The translations under genes were made by a program, and so were the position numbers. This document shows positions 10,501-20,578 of a stretch of 54,938 nucleotides of DNA, piece after piece; within the stretch, counting starts at the first letter, position 1; each line of letters opens with the position of its first letter. Below the pieces are notes generated by a model. That model saw only the letters and a program-made list of their open reading frames with translations, did not search any database and was not told the origin of the DNA. This stretch comes from Erysipelotrichaceae bacterium (GTDB lineage: Bacteria > Bacillota_I > Bacilli_A > Erysipelotrichales > Erysipelotrichaceae): NCBI GenBank assembly GCA_035697025.1, contig DASSDQ010000073.1, forward strand, positions 1-54,938, given 5' to 3'.

Positions 10501-13317
10501 CTAAAACGCGTTCAACAAGCGCATATGTTATTACTTGTTCCTGAATTTATTAAGAAGCACCTTGAAAAAGAAAGTAGCTTCATTAAGAATATGACTTCTG
10601 CTAGAGATATTGATTCACTACGTCTAAAACGTACGAATAAAGATGAGTACATTAATGTATTGTCTGAACACTTAGTTGATGAAAACCGTGTATCAATGTC
10701 TATGTTACAAAAACTTGAAAGTGATATCCGTAAGGAAAAATCTTCCTTGTTGGCTGAACATTTATCTTTAGCAACTCCTGAAATCGTCGATTTACTTAGT
10801 GATGATGATAAGATTATTCTTAAAAACATCAAAGGTAAGAAACAACGTTCAGAAGAATTAAAACCACTAGTTGAAAGCTTAATGAATGATCTTCGTCTAG
10901 ACGATGAATTATTACAAAAAGCTGAATTACGTAAAGTAATTATCGAAGGACTCAAGAACCAAGACGATTTCATCATTGAATTACTCAGTGCTGAAGAAGT
11001 TATTGCGTTGAATGAACACAAAGATAAGAAACTTAAAGCTGATTCATTCAAACATATCAGTGATTCTGTCATTGAGGATGGACGTTTCACACAAGTTCAA
11101 TTAGAAGAATATTCAACCCTAAAATCAATGGTAGCTAAGACTGTTAGTTACTTAGAAGAAGGGGCTAAAGAAGTCTTGTCAATTGTTGAAGAAACATATG
11201 AATTAGACCAATTAGAACGTAAACAATTCCCAATTATCGCTTTAGAGTTAATTAAAGCAAATCGTATTGATCAAGACTTCTTAGATCGATTAGATACTAA
11301 GAAATTAATCATCGAAATGTTAATCTCTGATGCGGCAGAAATCCGTAGTGCATTAACTGGAATTCAAGCTGAAATTTTGATTGAATCAAAAGGTAAGAAT
11401 CTTGAACTAATCCGTGGTGTTGCGGAAAATCTAATCGCAGAAAATAAAGTTTCAGAAGAACATATTACAAAATGGCAACGTCGTGAATTAATTTCTAAGA
11501 CACGTAAGTTGATCCAATCTGATTCTGAGAAGATTCTTCAACACTTAAATGCTGAAGAGTTGAAACAATTAAAAGAAAACAATGCAGATCTCGAAAAATC
11601 ATACATTGATTTAGCGAAGAAACTCGTTGATTCGAACAAAATTTCATACAAACGTTTCTTAGAAGTTAAAGATAACGAAGTATCCTATACACCTGAATCA
11701 GTTGGAACTGAAGTCAGAGATGCCGTTAAGGTTGAAGCATTACGTGAACGTAAATATGCGACATCCATATTCGAAGTCCCTATCTATTCTTCTTTCCGTA
11801 AAGGTCTAAACGTGTCTGAGTTCTTTATCTCTACACACGGTGTGCGTAAAGGTTTAACCGATACTGCATTGAAGACTGCTGAATCTGGTTACTTAACACG
11901 TCGTCTCGTTGACGTTGCGCAAGATGTTCTAATTTCTGAAGAGGATTGTGGAACCGATCGTGCATACGTTATGGAAGACATCGTAGATCGTAAGACAAAC
12001 TCAGTTATTGAAAGCTTATTTGATCGTCTAACAGGACGTTATGTAAAAGAAGATGTTATTGATCCTAAGACAAACGAAGTTATCATCGAAAGTGATGAAA
12101 TCATTACCGATGATATCGCTCGTCGTATTGTGGAAGCTGGCATCAAACAAGTCTTAATCCGTACGGTGTTCAGTTGTGAATCCATCTACGGTGTATGTAA
12201 GAAATGTTACGGACGTAACATGGCAACAGGTAAAGAAGTTGAAGTTGGTGAAGCAATTGGTATTATGGCTGCTCAATCTATTGGGGAACCAGGTACTCAG
12301 TTAACCATGCGTACCTTCCATACTGGTGGGGTTGCGGCTGCTGAAGGGGGAGATATTACACAAGGTTTACCTCGTGTTGAAGAACTCTTTGAAGCACGTC
12401 GTCCTAAGAAACCTGCGCTATTATCGAAGATTTCTGGAACTGTTACTACGATTGAAGGGGTTGACCCGAATATCTATTCTTACTTACTATCCGTTGTTAA
12501 CGCAGAAGAACTTAAGTTTAAGAAGATCCGTGACTTAGAATCATTCAAGACAATTGAAGGTTCTGAAGAAACACGTGGTAATAAAGACTTACTAATGCGT
12601 ATCGTTGTAACAAACGAAAAGGAAAGTGTTGAACACTTCGCATCCTTGACGCAACATATCAGACCATGGATTAAAGTGGGTACTGTTATTGAAGCAGGGG
12701 ATAAATTAACCGAAGATCATATCGATCCAAAAGAACTTCTTGAAGTAGGTGGCGTACACAGTGTACAAAATTACATCATGAAGGAAGTTAAAAAAGTTTA
12801 CCAAAGTCAAGGGATTGAAATCTCTGACAAACATATTGAAGTTATGATTAAGCAAATGTTACGTAAAGTTGTAGTGACTGATGGACGCGATACACACTTA
12901 AGTGCTGGTGTTCAATTGAGCTTACCAAACATTACAAACATTAATAAGAAAGTCTTATTGAGCGGTAAACGTCCTGCAACCTTCAAACCTGTCTTGTTAG
13001 GTATTTCGAAATCATCCGTTGAAACAGATTCATTCTTATCCGCAGCGTCCTTCCAAGAAACAACTAAAGTCTTAACTGATGCGTCAATTAAGGGTAAAGT
13101 GGATCACTTGTTAGGTCTTAAGGAAAACGTAATTATTGGTAAATTAATACCAGCAGGTACGGGTTCGCATACAAGTCGTGAAAGTACCGTTACAATTACT
13201 GCAATGGCTGCCGCGATGAAAGAAAAACGCGATGAAGTGAATCGTAGATTACAAGAAGAATTAACCCTTCCACCTGAAATGACTCGGGATGGTAAGGAAG
13301 AAGAAGCTGATTATTAA
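7531..13317 (+). CDS. rpoC: DNA-directed RNA polymerase subunit beta' (1928 aa, with a very large internal insertion)
   Basis: Zn finger [20 protein letters not shown], catalytic [12 protein letters not shown], bridge helix [34 protein letters not shown] and trigger loop [16 protein letters not shown], all in one frame. Confidence 0.97.
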   Translation: MSINNFAAIQIGLASPELIREWSHGEVKKPETINYRSQKPERDGLFCERIFGPSKDWECYCGKYKKVRYKGVVCDRCGVEVTKSSVRRERMGHIELAAPVAHIWYLRGIPSRMSLLLGITPKNLEEVVYFVSWVVTDSGNTPLQFKQILSEQEYRNFSRRYGYGSFTAKTGAEAVKELLERVDLEKEHKAVIEDLREAQGDKRKKLIKRLETIDAFRNSHNQPEWMVLTMLPVIPPDLRPMLQLDGGRFATSDLNDLYRRVITRNNRLRKLIDMGTPAIIVQNEKRMLQEAVDALIDNGRRSKPISGAGGRALKSLSHSLKGKQGRFRQNLLGKRVDFSGRSVIAVGPDLKMFQCGIPREMAIQLFKPFVINEIVNRGISSNPKSAEKLIERQDPRVWDVVEAVIQNHPVLLNRAPTLHRLGIQAFMPKLVEGRAIRLHPLVTPAFNADFDGDQMAVHVPLSESARAEAEVLMLGSNNILGPKDGKPIVTPSQDMVMGNFYLNMEEKASEYYEKALILEALGDKEAAKMWHLFGENEGHVFRDINEAVIAYENKHIHLHTRIAVKASTLHKDAFTEAQNKSYLITTVGKLIFNEMFPSDFPYLNEVTKENFVATPDRYFLAQGQNVKDYVAQLPISKDYKKKDLGTIISEVFNRYGTSQTSIILDKIKDNGFKYSTIAGMTVALSDIVVSPNTANFVEQGKIQESRLMELRQRGRLTPREWERHVTLLWDRIKSEIGKDLEAHLPRKNPINMMKTSGARGNASHFTQLAGTRGLMGKPFKAATSGDVLQQYESEDVTKNKEPLIDKVTDLIEWGVLDYLIPSDDIEKIKTIEDHAQRAEFIRSVGDSIVDRKKKEGLDDILRKATSSWQKQSLILDLLKEESKEIFGELHANEIKTLKTIKDLKERSEVLKALARRLVEENRVTEETLHKAEISRQLRVTVMELLNKESEMIVDLLTPDQKLELQSINRTKNHEALRNFALELMNDNSLNLKRVQQAHMLLLVPEFIKKHLEKESSFIKNMTSARDIDSLRLKRTNKDEYINVLSEHLVDENRVSMSMLQKLESDIRKEKSSLLAEHLSLATPEIVDLLSDDDKIILKNIKGKKQRSEELKPLVESLMNDLRLDDELLQKAELRKVIIEGLKNQDDFIIELLSAEEVIALNEHKDKKLKADSFKHISDSVIEDGRFTQVQLEEYSTLKSMVAKTVSYLEEGAKEVLSIVEETYELDQLERKQFPIIALELIKANRIDQDFLDRLDTKKLIIEMLISDAAEIRSALTGIQAEILIESKGKNLELIRGVAENLIAENKVSEEHITKWQRRELISKTRKLIQSDSEKILQHLNAEELKQLKENNADLEKSYIDLAKKLVDSNKISYKRFLEVKDNEVSYTPESVGTEVRDAVKVEALRERKYATSIFEVPIYSSFRKGLNVSEFFISTHGVRKGLTDTALKTAESGYLTRRLVDVAQDVLISEEDCGTDRAYVMEDIVDRKTNSVIESLFDRLTGRYVKEDVIDPKTNEVIIESDEIITDDIARRIVEAGIKQVLIRTVFSCESIYGVCKKCYGRNMATGKEVEVGEAIGIMAAQSIGEPGTQLTMRTFHTGGVAAAEGGDITQGLPRVEELFEARRPKKPALLSKISGTVTTIEGVDPNIYSYLLSVVNAEELKFKKIRDLESFKTIEGSEETRGNKDLLMRIVVTNEKESVEHFASLTQHIRPWIKVGTVIEAGDKLTEDHIDPKELLEVGGVHSVQNYIMKEVKKVYQSQGIEISDKHIEVMIKQMLRKVVVTDGRDTHLSAGVQLSLPNITNINKKVLLSGKRPATFKPVLLGISKSSVETDSFLSAASFQETTKVLTDASIKGKVDHLLGLKENVIIGKLIPAGTGSHTSRESTVTITAMAAAMKEKRDEVNRRLQEELTLPPEMTRDGKEEEADY
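9988..11685 (+). repeat. Protein-level tandem repeat array inside rpoC (nine degenerate 60-69-aa modules)
   Basis: Anchor motifs IVDRKKK, LVEENRV, LMNDNSL, LVDENRV, LMNDLRL, VIEDGRF, LIKANRI, LIAENKV and LVDSNKI start at nt 10072, 10279, 10477, 10672, 10879, 11068, 11248, 11431 and 11623. Confidence 0.7.
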
Positions 13318-13342
13318 GATACGTTAGAATTTCTAGCGTATC
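13318..13342 (+). terminator. Hairpin after rpoC (weak terminator or attenuator)
   Basis: GATACGTTAG (13318-13327) pairs with CTAGCGTATC (13333-13342). The downstream T-tract is poor (TTGCTAGATTTT). Confidence 0.4.
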
Positions 13343-13355
13343 TTGCTAGATTTTA

Positions 13356-13384
13356 TTGACAAGTATTTAAAAACGATTTATTAT
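13356..13384 (+). promoter_or_regulatory. Promoter of the str operon (rpsL-rpsG-fusA-tuf)
   Basis: -35 TTGACA at 13356-13361, 17-nt spacer, -10 TATTAT at 13379-13384. Confidence 0.55.
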
Positions 13385-13484
13385 GTATAAGCTTATGAAA
13401 TGACATTTTCCGAAAGGAAAATATCATTTTAGTGAAAAGTTAGGCACACCCGGAAGTGTGTGCAATAAAAGAAAGGAGTAGCGT

Positions 13485-13904
13485 ATGCCTACAATTAACC
13501 AATTGGTCAGCCAAGGTCGTGTTGATAAAACGTACAAATCAAAGTCTCCAGCATTAAACAGAGGCTTAAATACATTACAACGTCGCCCAACTGACATTTC
13601 ATCCCCTCAAAAGAGAGGTGTTTGTACACGTGTTGGTACGATGACACCAAAGAAACCAAACTCAGCATTACGTAAGTATGCTCGTGTTCGCTTAAGTAAC
13701 GGAATGGAAGTAACAGCTTATATTCCAGGAATCGGACACAATCTACAAGAACACAGCGTCGTTTTAATCAGAGGGGGTCGTGTAAAAGACTTACCTGGGG
13801 TTCGTTACCACATTATCCGTGGAACACTCGACTGTGCTGGAGTTGCTAGTCGTAAACAAAGTCGTTCGCTTTATGGCGCTAAGCGTCCTAAAGCTGGGAA
13901 GTAA
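13485..13904 (+). CDS. rpsL: 30S ribosomal protein S12
   Basis: MPTINQLV...[10 protein letters not shown]...[13 protein letters not shown]. Confidence 0.97.
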   Translation: MPTINQLVSQGRVDKTYKSKSPALNRGLNTLQRRPTDISSPQKRGVCTRVGTMTPKKPNSALRKYARVRLSNGMEVTAYIPGIGHNLQEHSVVLIRGGRVKDLPGVRYHIIRGTLDCAGVASRKQSRSLYGAKRPKAGK

Positions 13905-13918
13905 GGAGGTCAAATCTA

Positions 13919-14389
13919 ATGCCAAGAAAAGGTTATATAGCTAAACGAGATGTATTAATTGATCCAATTTACAACTCAAAACTTGTTACTCGTTTGATTA
14001 ACAAGATTATGATTGATGGTAAACGTGGTATTGCACAAACAATCTTATACGATGCATTCGATTTGATTGAAGCAAAAACTGGACGTAACCCAATGGAAGT
14101 GTTTGAACAAGCACTTTCAAATATTATGCCTATGTTAGAACTAAAAGCACGTCGTGTTGGTGGATCTAACTACCAAGTACCAGTAGAAGTAACAGCTGAA
14201 AGACGTTTAACTTTAGGGTTACGTTGGTTAGTGAACTATGCTCGTCTTCGTAACGAAAAAACAATGGAACAACGCTTAGCAAACGAAATTGCGGATGCAG
14301 CGAATGGAACAGGTGCTTCTGTTAAGAAACGTGATGATGTTCATAGAATGGCTGAAGCGAATAAAGCATTTGCACATTACCGTTGGTAA
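13919..14389 (+). CDS. rpsG: 30S ribosomal protein S7
   Basis: The protein is S7-like (MPRKG...[15 protein letters not shown]...AFAHYRW) and the gene follows rpsL. Confidence 0.97.
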   Translation: MPRKGYIAKRDVLIDPIYNSKLVTRLINKIMIDGKRGIAQTILYDAFDLIEAKTGRNPMEVFEQALSNIMPMLELKARRVGGSNYQVPVEVTAERRLTLGLRWLVNYARLRNEKTMEQRLANEIADAANGTGASVKKRDDVHRMAEANKAFAHYRW

Positions 14390-14430
14390 GATGCAGAGCT
14401 TAACTAACTAGGAAAGGAGGCTACTCACAC

Positions 14431-16509
14431 ATGGCACGTGATTATTCATTAGCGAATACTCGTAATATTGGGATTATGGCGCATATTGATGCAGGTAAAA
14501 CTACAACAACTGAGCGTATTCTCTTTTATACCGGGAAAACACATAAAATTGGTGAGGTTCATGATGGTGCAGCTACCATGGACTGGATGGCCCAAGAACA
14601 AGAACGCGGGATTACCATTACCTCTGCAGCAACTACTGCCGCATGGAATGGCCATCGCATCAATATCATCGATACCCCAGGTCACGTTGACTTCACAGTT
14701 GAAGTTGAACGTTCACTTCGTGTATTAGATGGAGCTGTAACTGTATTAGATGGTAAGTCAGGTGTTGAACCTCAAACAGAAACTGTTTGGAGACAAGCTA
14801 CTAAATATGGTGTACCTCGTATCGTATTCGTAAACAAATTGGATGCGACAGGTGCAGATTTCTATATGTCATACAGATCTTTATTAACTCGATTAGCTGC
14901 GAAAGCTGCTCCAATCCAATTACCTATCGGAGTTGAAAACTACTTTGATGGTCTAGTTGATATTGTTGAGCGTAAAGCACGTATCTTCTCAGGTGTTAAA
15001 GAGAAAGATGATACATTCACTGAAATTCCTGCTGAAATGAAGGAAGAAGTTGAAAACTACCGTAATGCATTAATTGAAATGGTTGCGGACTTCGATGACG
15101 AACTTATGATGAAGGTTTTAGAAGGTGAAGAACCTACAGTTGCAGAAATTAAGTCTGCAATTCGTAAAGCAACAATTACTGGTGATTTCCACCCTGTATT
15201 ATGTGGCGCAGCATATAAGAATAAGGGCGTAACCGCAATGCTTGATGCAGTTGTGGATTACCTACCTTCTCCTCTTGATGTTCCAGCTATTACAGGTCTT
15301 ACAATGGATGGTGAAGCAGATGTTCGTCACAGTGACGATAGCGAACCATTCTCAGCTCTAGCTTTCAAAGTTATGACTGACCCATTTGTTGGACGCTTAA
15401 CTTATTTCCGTGTTTATTCAGGAACAATTACTTCCGGCTCATACGTGTTTAACTCAACAAAAGATACACGCGAACGTTTCGGACGTTTAATGCAAATGCA
15501 TGCGAACCACCGTGCTGAAATCGAACAAGTTTACTCTGGCGATATCGCAGCTGCTGTTGGTTTAAAAAACACTACAACGGGTGATACTCTTTGTGAAGAA
15601 AAACATGCAATTATATTGGAATCAATGACATTCCCAGAACCTGTTATCAACATCGCAATTGAACCAAAATCAAAAGGCGATCAAGATAAGATGGGCTTAG
15701 CGTTGAGCAAGTTGGCTGAAGAAGATCCAACTTTCAAGACATATACCGATCAAGAGACTGGGCAAACGATTATCGCTGGTATGGGTGAATTACACTTAGA
15801 CATTATTGTTGACCGTATGAGACGTGAATTCAAGGTAGAAGCTAACGTGGGTGCTCCTCAAGTTGCTTACCGTGAAACGATTCGTGCAGCAGCAGAATGT
15901 GAAGGTAAGTTCGTTCGTCAATCCGGTGGTCGTGGACAATACGGTCACGTTTGGGTTAGATTTGAACCAAACGAAAAAGGTAAAGGCTTTACATTCGTTG
16001 ATGGTATTGTGGGTGGAACTGTTCCTCGTGAATATATCAAACCTACAATGGAAGGTATCGAAGCATCATTAAGCAACGGCTTAATCGCTGGATATCCTGT
16101 AATTGACGTTAAGGCTACCTTATTCGATGGATCATACCATGATGTCGACTCCAATGAAATGGCGTTTAAAGTTGCGGGATCATTAGCGTTTAAACAAGCT
16201 GCTACAAAATGTAACCCTGTACTATTAGAACCAATCATGTCAGTTGAAGTCACAGCACCAAACGAATACTTAGGTTCAGTTATGGGTGACATCTCAAGTC
16301 GTCGTGGAACAATTAAAGATCAAGAAGAACGTGGAAATGCGATTATCGTAAAATCCGAAGTACCACTTTCAGAAATGTTCGGTTATGCGACTGACCTACG
16401 CTCCTTTACTCAAGGCCGCGGTACTTATGCAATGACATTTGATCATTACACTGAAGTTCCAAAGTCTATTGCGGAAAAGGTTGCTAAAAAGAATGCCAAA
16501 GATAACTAA
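14431..16509 (+). CDS. fusA: Elongation factor G
   Basis: G-domain motifs AHIDAGKTT and DTPGHVDF. 692 aa. Position in the str operon. Confidence 0.97.
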   Translation: MARDYSLANTRNIGIMAHIDAGKTTTTERILFYTGKTHKIGEVHDGAATMDWMAQEQERGITITSAATTAAWNGHRINIIDTPGHVDFTVEVERSLRVLDGAVTVLDGKSGVEPQTETVWRQATKYGVPRIVFVNKLDATGADFYMSYRSLLTRLAAKAAPIQLPIGVENYFDGLVDIVERKARIFSGVKEKDDTFTEIPAEMKEEVENYRNALIEMVADFDDELMMKVLEGEEPTVAEIKSAIRKATITGDFHPVLCGAAYKNKGVTAMLDAVVDYLPSPLDVPAITGLTMDGEADVRHSDDSEPFSALAFKVMTDPFVGRLTYFRVYSGTITSGSYVFNSTKDTRERFGRLMQMHANHRAEIEQVYSGDIAAAVGLKNTTTGDTLCEEKHAIILESMTFPEPVINIAIEPKSKGDQDKMGLALSKLAEEDPTFKTYTDQETGQTIIAGMGELHLDIIVDRMRREFKVEANVGAPQVAYRETIRAAAECEGKFVRQSGGRGQYGHVWVRFEPNEKGKGFTFVDGIVGGTVPREYIKPTMEGIEASLSNGLIAGYPVIDVKATLFDGSYHDVDSNEMAFKVAGSLAFKQAATKCNPVLLEPIMSVEVTAPNEYLGSVMGDISSRRGTIKDQEERGNAIIVKSEVPLSEMFGYATDLRSFTQGRGTYAMTFDHYTEVPKSIAEKVAKKNAKDN

Positions 16510-16586
16510 TCCTTGATTTATAAGGTGGATTGGCATAAAATAGAATTGCATTTTAACAATAACCAATTAGGAGGAAAATAAGCATT

Positions 16587-17771
16587 ATGGCAAAAGAAAA
16601 ATTTGACCGATCAAAACCGCACGTAAATATTGGTACCATTGGACACGTTGACCATGGTAAAACTACTTTAACGGCTGCGATCACACACTACTTGGCTAAG
16701 TCCGGTGGTGCTAAAGTTATGGCATACGACCAAATCGATGGAGCACCTGAAGAAAAAGCTCGTGGTATTACTATTAATACAGCTCACGTTGAATACCAAA
16801 CACCTGCACGTCACTACGCACACGTAGACTGCCCAGGCCACGCTGACTATGTCAAGAACATGATCACTGGTGCTGCTCAAATGGACGGCGCAATCTTAGT
16901 TGTTGCTGCAACTGACGGACCAATGCCTCAAACTCGCGAACACATCTTGTTGGCTCACCAAGTAGGTGTACCACACATGGTTGTATTCTTGAACAAATGC
17001 GACATGGTTGATGATGAAGAATTAATCGACTTAGTTGAAATGGAAGTTCGTGAACTTCTTTCAGCTAACGGATTCGATGGAGATAACGCTCCTGTTATTC
17101 GTGGTTCTGCTCTTAAGGGCGGTGAAGGCGATCCTAAATGGGAACCTAAACTACAAGAACTTATGGATGCTGTTGATGCATACATTCCTAACCCAGTTCG
17201 TGAAACAGACAAACCTTTCTTAATGAGCGTCGAAGACGTATTCACAATTACAGGTCGTGGTACTGTTGCTACAGGACGTGTTGAACGTGGTATGTTAAAA
17301 CTAGGTGAAGAAGTTGAAATCGTTGGTTTACATGACACTAAGAAAACTGTTGTTACAGGTATCGAAATGTTCCGTAAATTGTTAGACTTCGCTTCAGCTG
17401 GTGACAACATTGGTGCATTACTTCGTGGTGTTAACCGTGATGAAATCGAACGTGGACAAGTTTTAGCTAAAATCGGTTCCGTTAAACCTCATACAGTATT
17501 CAAAGCACAAGTTTACGTACTAAGTAAAGAAGAAGGAGGACGTCATACACCATTCGTGGCTAACTACCGTCCACAATTCTACTTCCGTACTACAGACGTT
17601 ACTGGTGTTATCAAACTACCTGAAGGCGTTGAAATGGTTATGCCAGGCGACAACGTTGAAATGGAAGTTACATTGATCGCTCCAATCGCTGTTGAACAAG
17701 GTACTACTTTCTCAATTCGTGAAGGTGGCCGTACAGTAGGCGCTGGAAACGTTGTTTCCATCGTTGCTTAA
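16587..17771 (+). CDS. tuf: Elongation factor Tu
   Basis: [35 protein letters not shown] and NKCD. 394 aa. Confidence 0.98.
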   Translation: MAKEKFDRSKPHVNIGTIGHVDHGKTTLTAAITHYLAKSGGAKVMAYDQIDGAPEEKARGITINTAHVEYQTPARHYAHVDCPGHADYVKNMITGAAQMDGAILVVAATDGPMPQTREHILLAHQVGVPHMVVFLNKCDMVDDEELIDLVEMEVRELLSANGFDGDNAPVIRGSALKGGEGDPKWEPKLQELMDAVDAYIPNPVRETDKPFLMSVEDVFTITGRGTVATGRVERGMLKLGEEVEIVGLHDTKKTVVTGIEMFRKLLDFASAGDNIGALLRGVNRDEIERGQVLAKIGSVKPHTVFKAQVYVLSKEEGGRHTPFVANYRPQFYFRTTDVTGVIKLPEGVEMVMPGDNVEMEVTLIAPIAVEQGTTFSIREGGRTVGAGNVVSIVA

Positions 17772-17783
17772 TTAATGAATTAA

Positions 17784-17806
17784 AGCCAGATTTTCTGGCT
17801 TTTTTT
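17784..17806 (+). terminator. Rho-independent terminator after tuf
   Basis: AGCCAG (17784-17789) pairs with CTGGCT (17795-17800), followed by T6. A second AT-rich hairpin at 17818-17841 is also followed by a T-run. Confidence 0.85.
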
Positions 17807-17846
17807 ATATCTATTTTAAGATTAAGAACTTTCTTAATCTTTTTTA

Positions 17847-17874
17847 TTTACATTCTACAATAATTGTATATAAT
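17847..17874 (+). promoter_or_regulatory. Promoter of the TetR-CPBP operon
   Basis: -35 TTTACA at 17847-17852, 16-nt spacer, TGtaTATAAT with the -10 at 17869-17874. Confidence 0.5.
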
Positions 17875-17876
17875 AA

Positions 17877-17904
17877 ATATCAAGTGATATATATCAAATG
17901 ATAT
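17877..17904. promoter_or_regulatory. Two tandem palindromic operator-like sites (probable TetR operators)
   Basis: ATATCAAGTGATAT (17877-17890) is directly followed by ATATCAAATGATAT (17891-17904). Each site is ATATCA-nn-TGATAT. They lie between the -10 and the RBS. Confidence 0.55.
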
Positions 17905-17917
17905 TTAAGGAAATGAA

Positions 17918-18496
17918 ATGCCACCGAAAATAAAAGTAACAGAAGAACAAATCATACAAGCCGCGTTAAAGTTAACTCGATTAAGTGGAATAGAATCAGT
18001 TAATGCTCGAGCTATAGCGAAAGAACTCAATTGTTCAATTCAACCAATCTTCAAGAATTTTGAGACGATGGGTAGTTTGAAAAAACACTTAAACGATAAA
18101 GCTCAATCAATTTATGATGAATATACTCAAAAGGGGATGGAAAGCAATCCAAATCCATTTCTTGGGATAGGGTTAGGATATATTAAATTTGCACAAGAAG
18201 AGAAGAACTTATTTAAATTACTCTTTATGACTAATGAATTTAAACAGACAGGTTTAATTCAGTTAATCAAAGATGATGAGAATCAAGAAATAGTGACACT
18301 CGTATCTCAGATCAGTGGATTAAATATGCATAAAGCTGAACAACTATTTATAGATATTTGGCTAACAACGCATGGGATCGCATCGATGATAGCGACAAAT
18401 GATCTGGAACTAACGGTAACAGAGATTACTAAAATATTAATTGACGCATTTTCTGGATTCAAATATCAACTACAAAATGAGGGGGAAACATTATGA
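17918..18496 (+). CDS. TetR/AcrR family transcriptional regulator
   Basis: N-terminal HTH (IIQAALKLTRLSGIESVNARAIAKELNCSIQPIFKNF). 192 aa, all-helical C-terminal part. Confidence 0.8.
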   Translation: MPPKIKVTEEQIIQAALKLTRLSGIESVNARAIAKELNCSIQPIFKNFETMGSLKKHLNDKAQSIYDEYTQKGMESNPNPFLGIGLGYIKFAQEEKNLFKLLFMTNEFKQTGLIQLIKDDENQEIVTLVSQISGLNMHKAEQLFIDIWLTTHGIASMIATNDLELTVTEITKILIDAFSGFKYQLQNEGETL

Positions 18497-19233
18497 ATCG
18501 ATTATTAAAGAAGAACGCTATCTTACATGCCATTGCTTGGATTGGAATCTATATTGGGTGTGTAAATGTATTCGATATTATGTCTGAATCTGTGGGTGTA
18601 CTTAATCTTATTACAAGTCTTGGTTTAAGTGGTTTATCTATATTGTTAGTACTATACTTAAAAAAGCAGAATAAATTGGATGAATTAGGTTTAAAACATG
18701 TTAATAAATTGGACTACAAAAAAATGTTATATTTCATACCTTTAGTAATACTAGCGATTAGTCAATTTACAGGAAAATTAAATACCAGCATAGAACTAAA
18801 TCAGATAGTAATATTTGGATTACTTATGATTAACGTTGGGTTTATTGAAGAAGTTATATTCAGAGGATTACTATTTAAAGCAATCAAAGATAAGTCGGGA
18901 TTTGTAAGAGCAATTCTTATATCTGGGATAACATTTGGCTTAGGGCATATTGTAAATCTGATGCGAGGAATGGCTGTCGAGAATCAAGTTGAACAAATCA
19001 TATTAGCGATTGTAATAGGGATACTACTTGCGTTGATTGTTGAAATTACACAAAGTTTAATTCCTGGAATAATCTTTCATATTCTATTTAACTTTAGTTC
19101 CACAATAATGGTGTTTGAAACAAAATCAGAGTTCTATTTATTAATTTCAATACTAGTGATATCAATTGGATATTCCCTATATTTATATCAAACGCAATTA
19201 AGTAAAAGTTTAAACCTCGTAATTAGTAAATAA
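18493..19233 (+). CDS. CPBP family intramembrane glutamic endopeptidase (CAAX protease/Abi-like)
   Basis: A multi-TM protein with EEVIFRGLLF, FGLGH and FHILFN motifs. ATGA overlap with the TetR stop codon. Confidence 0.8.
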   Translation: MNRLLKKNAILHAIAWIGIYIGCVNVFDIMSESVGVLNLITSLGLSGLSILLVLYLKKQNKLDELGLKHVNKLDYKKMLYFIPLVILAISQFTGKLNTSIELNQIVIFGLLMINVGFIEEVIFRGLLFKAIKDKSGFVRAILISGITFGLGHIVNLMRGMAVENQVEQIILAIVIGILLALIVEITQSLIPGIIFHILFNFSSTIMVFETKSEFYLLISILVISIGYSLYLYQTQLSKSLNLVISK

Positions 19234-19242
19234 CCATATAAA

Positions 19243-19270
19243 AGATTGTCTTGCGACAATCTATTTTTTT
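19243..19270. terminator. Bidirectional terminator between convergent genes
   Basis: AGATTGTC (19243-19250) pairs with GACAATCT (19255-19262), with an A-run upstream and a T-run downstream. It overlaps the 3' end of the aminotransferase gene. Confidence 0.65.
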
Positions 19271-20445
19271 ATTTTGTTCGATATAACAAGTGCTAATCGT
19301 TTGATGCCTTCTTCAATATTTTCAGTCGATGCATTTGAGAAATTTAATCTAAAAGCATTCGTATTTTGTTTATTTACATAAAATGGATCACCAGGCACAA
19401 ACACAACTTTTTCTATAACTGCTTCATAGAATAAGTCCAAAGATGATACATCATCAGGCAATACGACCCATAGGAACATTCCGCCATTTGAAGGATATAC
19501 TTTAACATTTTCTGGGAAATACTTGTCGATGGCACCTAACATTTGAGTCTGTTTAGAATGATACATTGAACGTGTTCGATTAAGATGTTCATCATAATCA
19601 TTATCCAATAGATATTGATAGATGATACGTTGATCCAAATAACTACTATGTAAATCAGATGCTTCTTTGCATGTGAATAACTTCTTATGAATCTCTTTTG
19701 GAGCACATACCCAACCTAAGCGTAAGCCAGGAGAGATTGTTTTTGAAAAACTACCCATTAATAATACTTGATTTGGAATAAGAGATTTTAAATGAGTACG
19801 CTTATCATCTGTAAAATAGATTTCACCATACGGATCATCTTCAATGACTATCACATTAAAACGTTTAACTATATCCGCAAATAACTTACGATTCGCTTCA
19901 GAATAGGAAACTCCACTTGGATTTTGGAAGTTTGGAATAACATAAATTAACTTTGGGTTATATTGAATTAACTTTTGTTCAAGATCTTCACAATCAATTC
20001 CATTCTCGTGTAATTCAACAGTTAGGAAATCTGCTTCATAACTACCAAATGTTTGAAGTGCTCCAAGATAGGAAGGTTCTTCAACAATCACAGTATCATT
20101 TGGATCGATAAATGTTTTTGAGATAAAATCGAGGGCTTGTTGGGATCCGGAAGTAATTAGTATTTCTTCATACGGTATATCAAGATTATATAAAGTCTTA
20201 TATCGATTCGAGATAAATTGACGTAATGGTTTATATCCTTCGGTTTGGGAGTATTGTAAAACAGACTTACCATCTAACTCGAAAACCTTATTTGATGCTT
20301 GTTTAAGTTGTTCAACTGGAAATGATTCTGGATTTGGAAAACCACCAGAAAATGAAATCATTTCTTTATCTTGTAGGTACTTAAAAATCTCAACAATAAA
20401 TGAATCTTCAACACTACTCGATCTTTTTGCGAAACGATATTCCAT
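19261..20445 (-). CDS. PLP-dependent aminotransferase, class I/II (2-aminoadipate/aromatic aminotransferase-like)
   Basis: SFSKTISPGLRLGW (PLP lysine motif), NFQNPSG and DDPYGE. 394 aa. Confidence 0.8.
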   Translation of the reverse strand: MEYRFAKRSSSVEDSFIVEIFKYLQDKEMISFSGGFPNPESFPVEQLKQASNKVFELDGKSVLQYSQTEGYKPLRQFISNRYKTLYNLDIPYEEILITSGSQQALDFISKTFIDPNDTVIVEEPSYLGALQTFGSYEADFLTVELHENGIDCEDLEQKLIQYNPKLIYVIPNFQNPSGVSYSEANRKLFADIVKRFNVIVIEDDPYGEIYFTDDKRTHLKSLIPNQVLLMGSFSKTISPGLRLGWVCAPKEIHKKLFTCKEASDLHSSYLDQRIIYQYLLDNDYDEHLNRTRSMYHSKQTQMLGAIDKYFPENVKVYPSNGGMFLWVVLPDDVSSLDLFYEAVIEKVVFVPGDPFYVNKQNTNAFRLNFSNASTENIEEGIKRLALVISNKIKK

Positions 20446-20528
20446 GGCTTACCCCTTTTTTATTGTTCAATTAAACCATACTTATGATACACAAACAATA
20501 TTTACAGAAAATTTTCAGAAAGAAAATG

Positions 20529-20557
20529 TTGAATAATTGTGGGGCTTGCTCTAGAAT
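20529..20557 (+). promoter_or_regulatory. Promoter of the aconitase-IDH-citrate synthase operon
   Basis: -35 TTGAAT at 20529-20534, 17-nt spacer, -10 TAGAAT at 20552-20557. The dyad GCTCTAgaaTAGAGC at 20548-20562 overlaps the -10. Confidence 0.5.
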
Positions 20558-20578
20558 AGAGCTAATCTTGGAGAATAT

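Noticed and set aside
9865-11766. The rpoC insertion as an intein, an inserted mobile gene, a gene fusion or a frameshift artefact.
   Set aside because: There is no Cys/Ser/Thr at the N-junction paired with His-Asn plus a nucleophile at the C-junction, and there are no endonuclease blocks. The frame is continuous with no internal RBS and start pair. No inverted or direct DNA repeats lie at the borders. The internal periodic modules argue for a bona fide protein domain.
18494-18496. Possible Mollicutes-type genetic code (TGA read as Trp), given the low GC content and divergent core genes.
   Set aside because: TGA ends conserved-length ORFs cleanly: the TetR gene at 18494-18496, truA at 43525-43527 and the methyltransferase at 47709-47711. 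No conserved protein needs read-through of an in-frame TGA.
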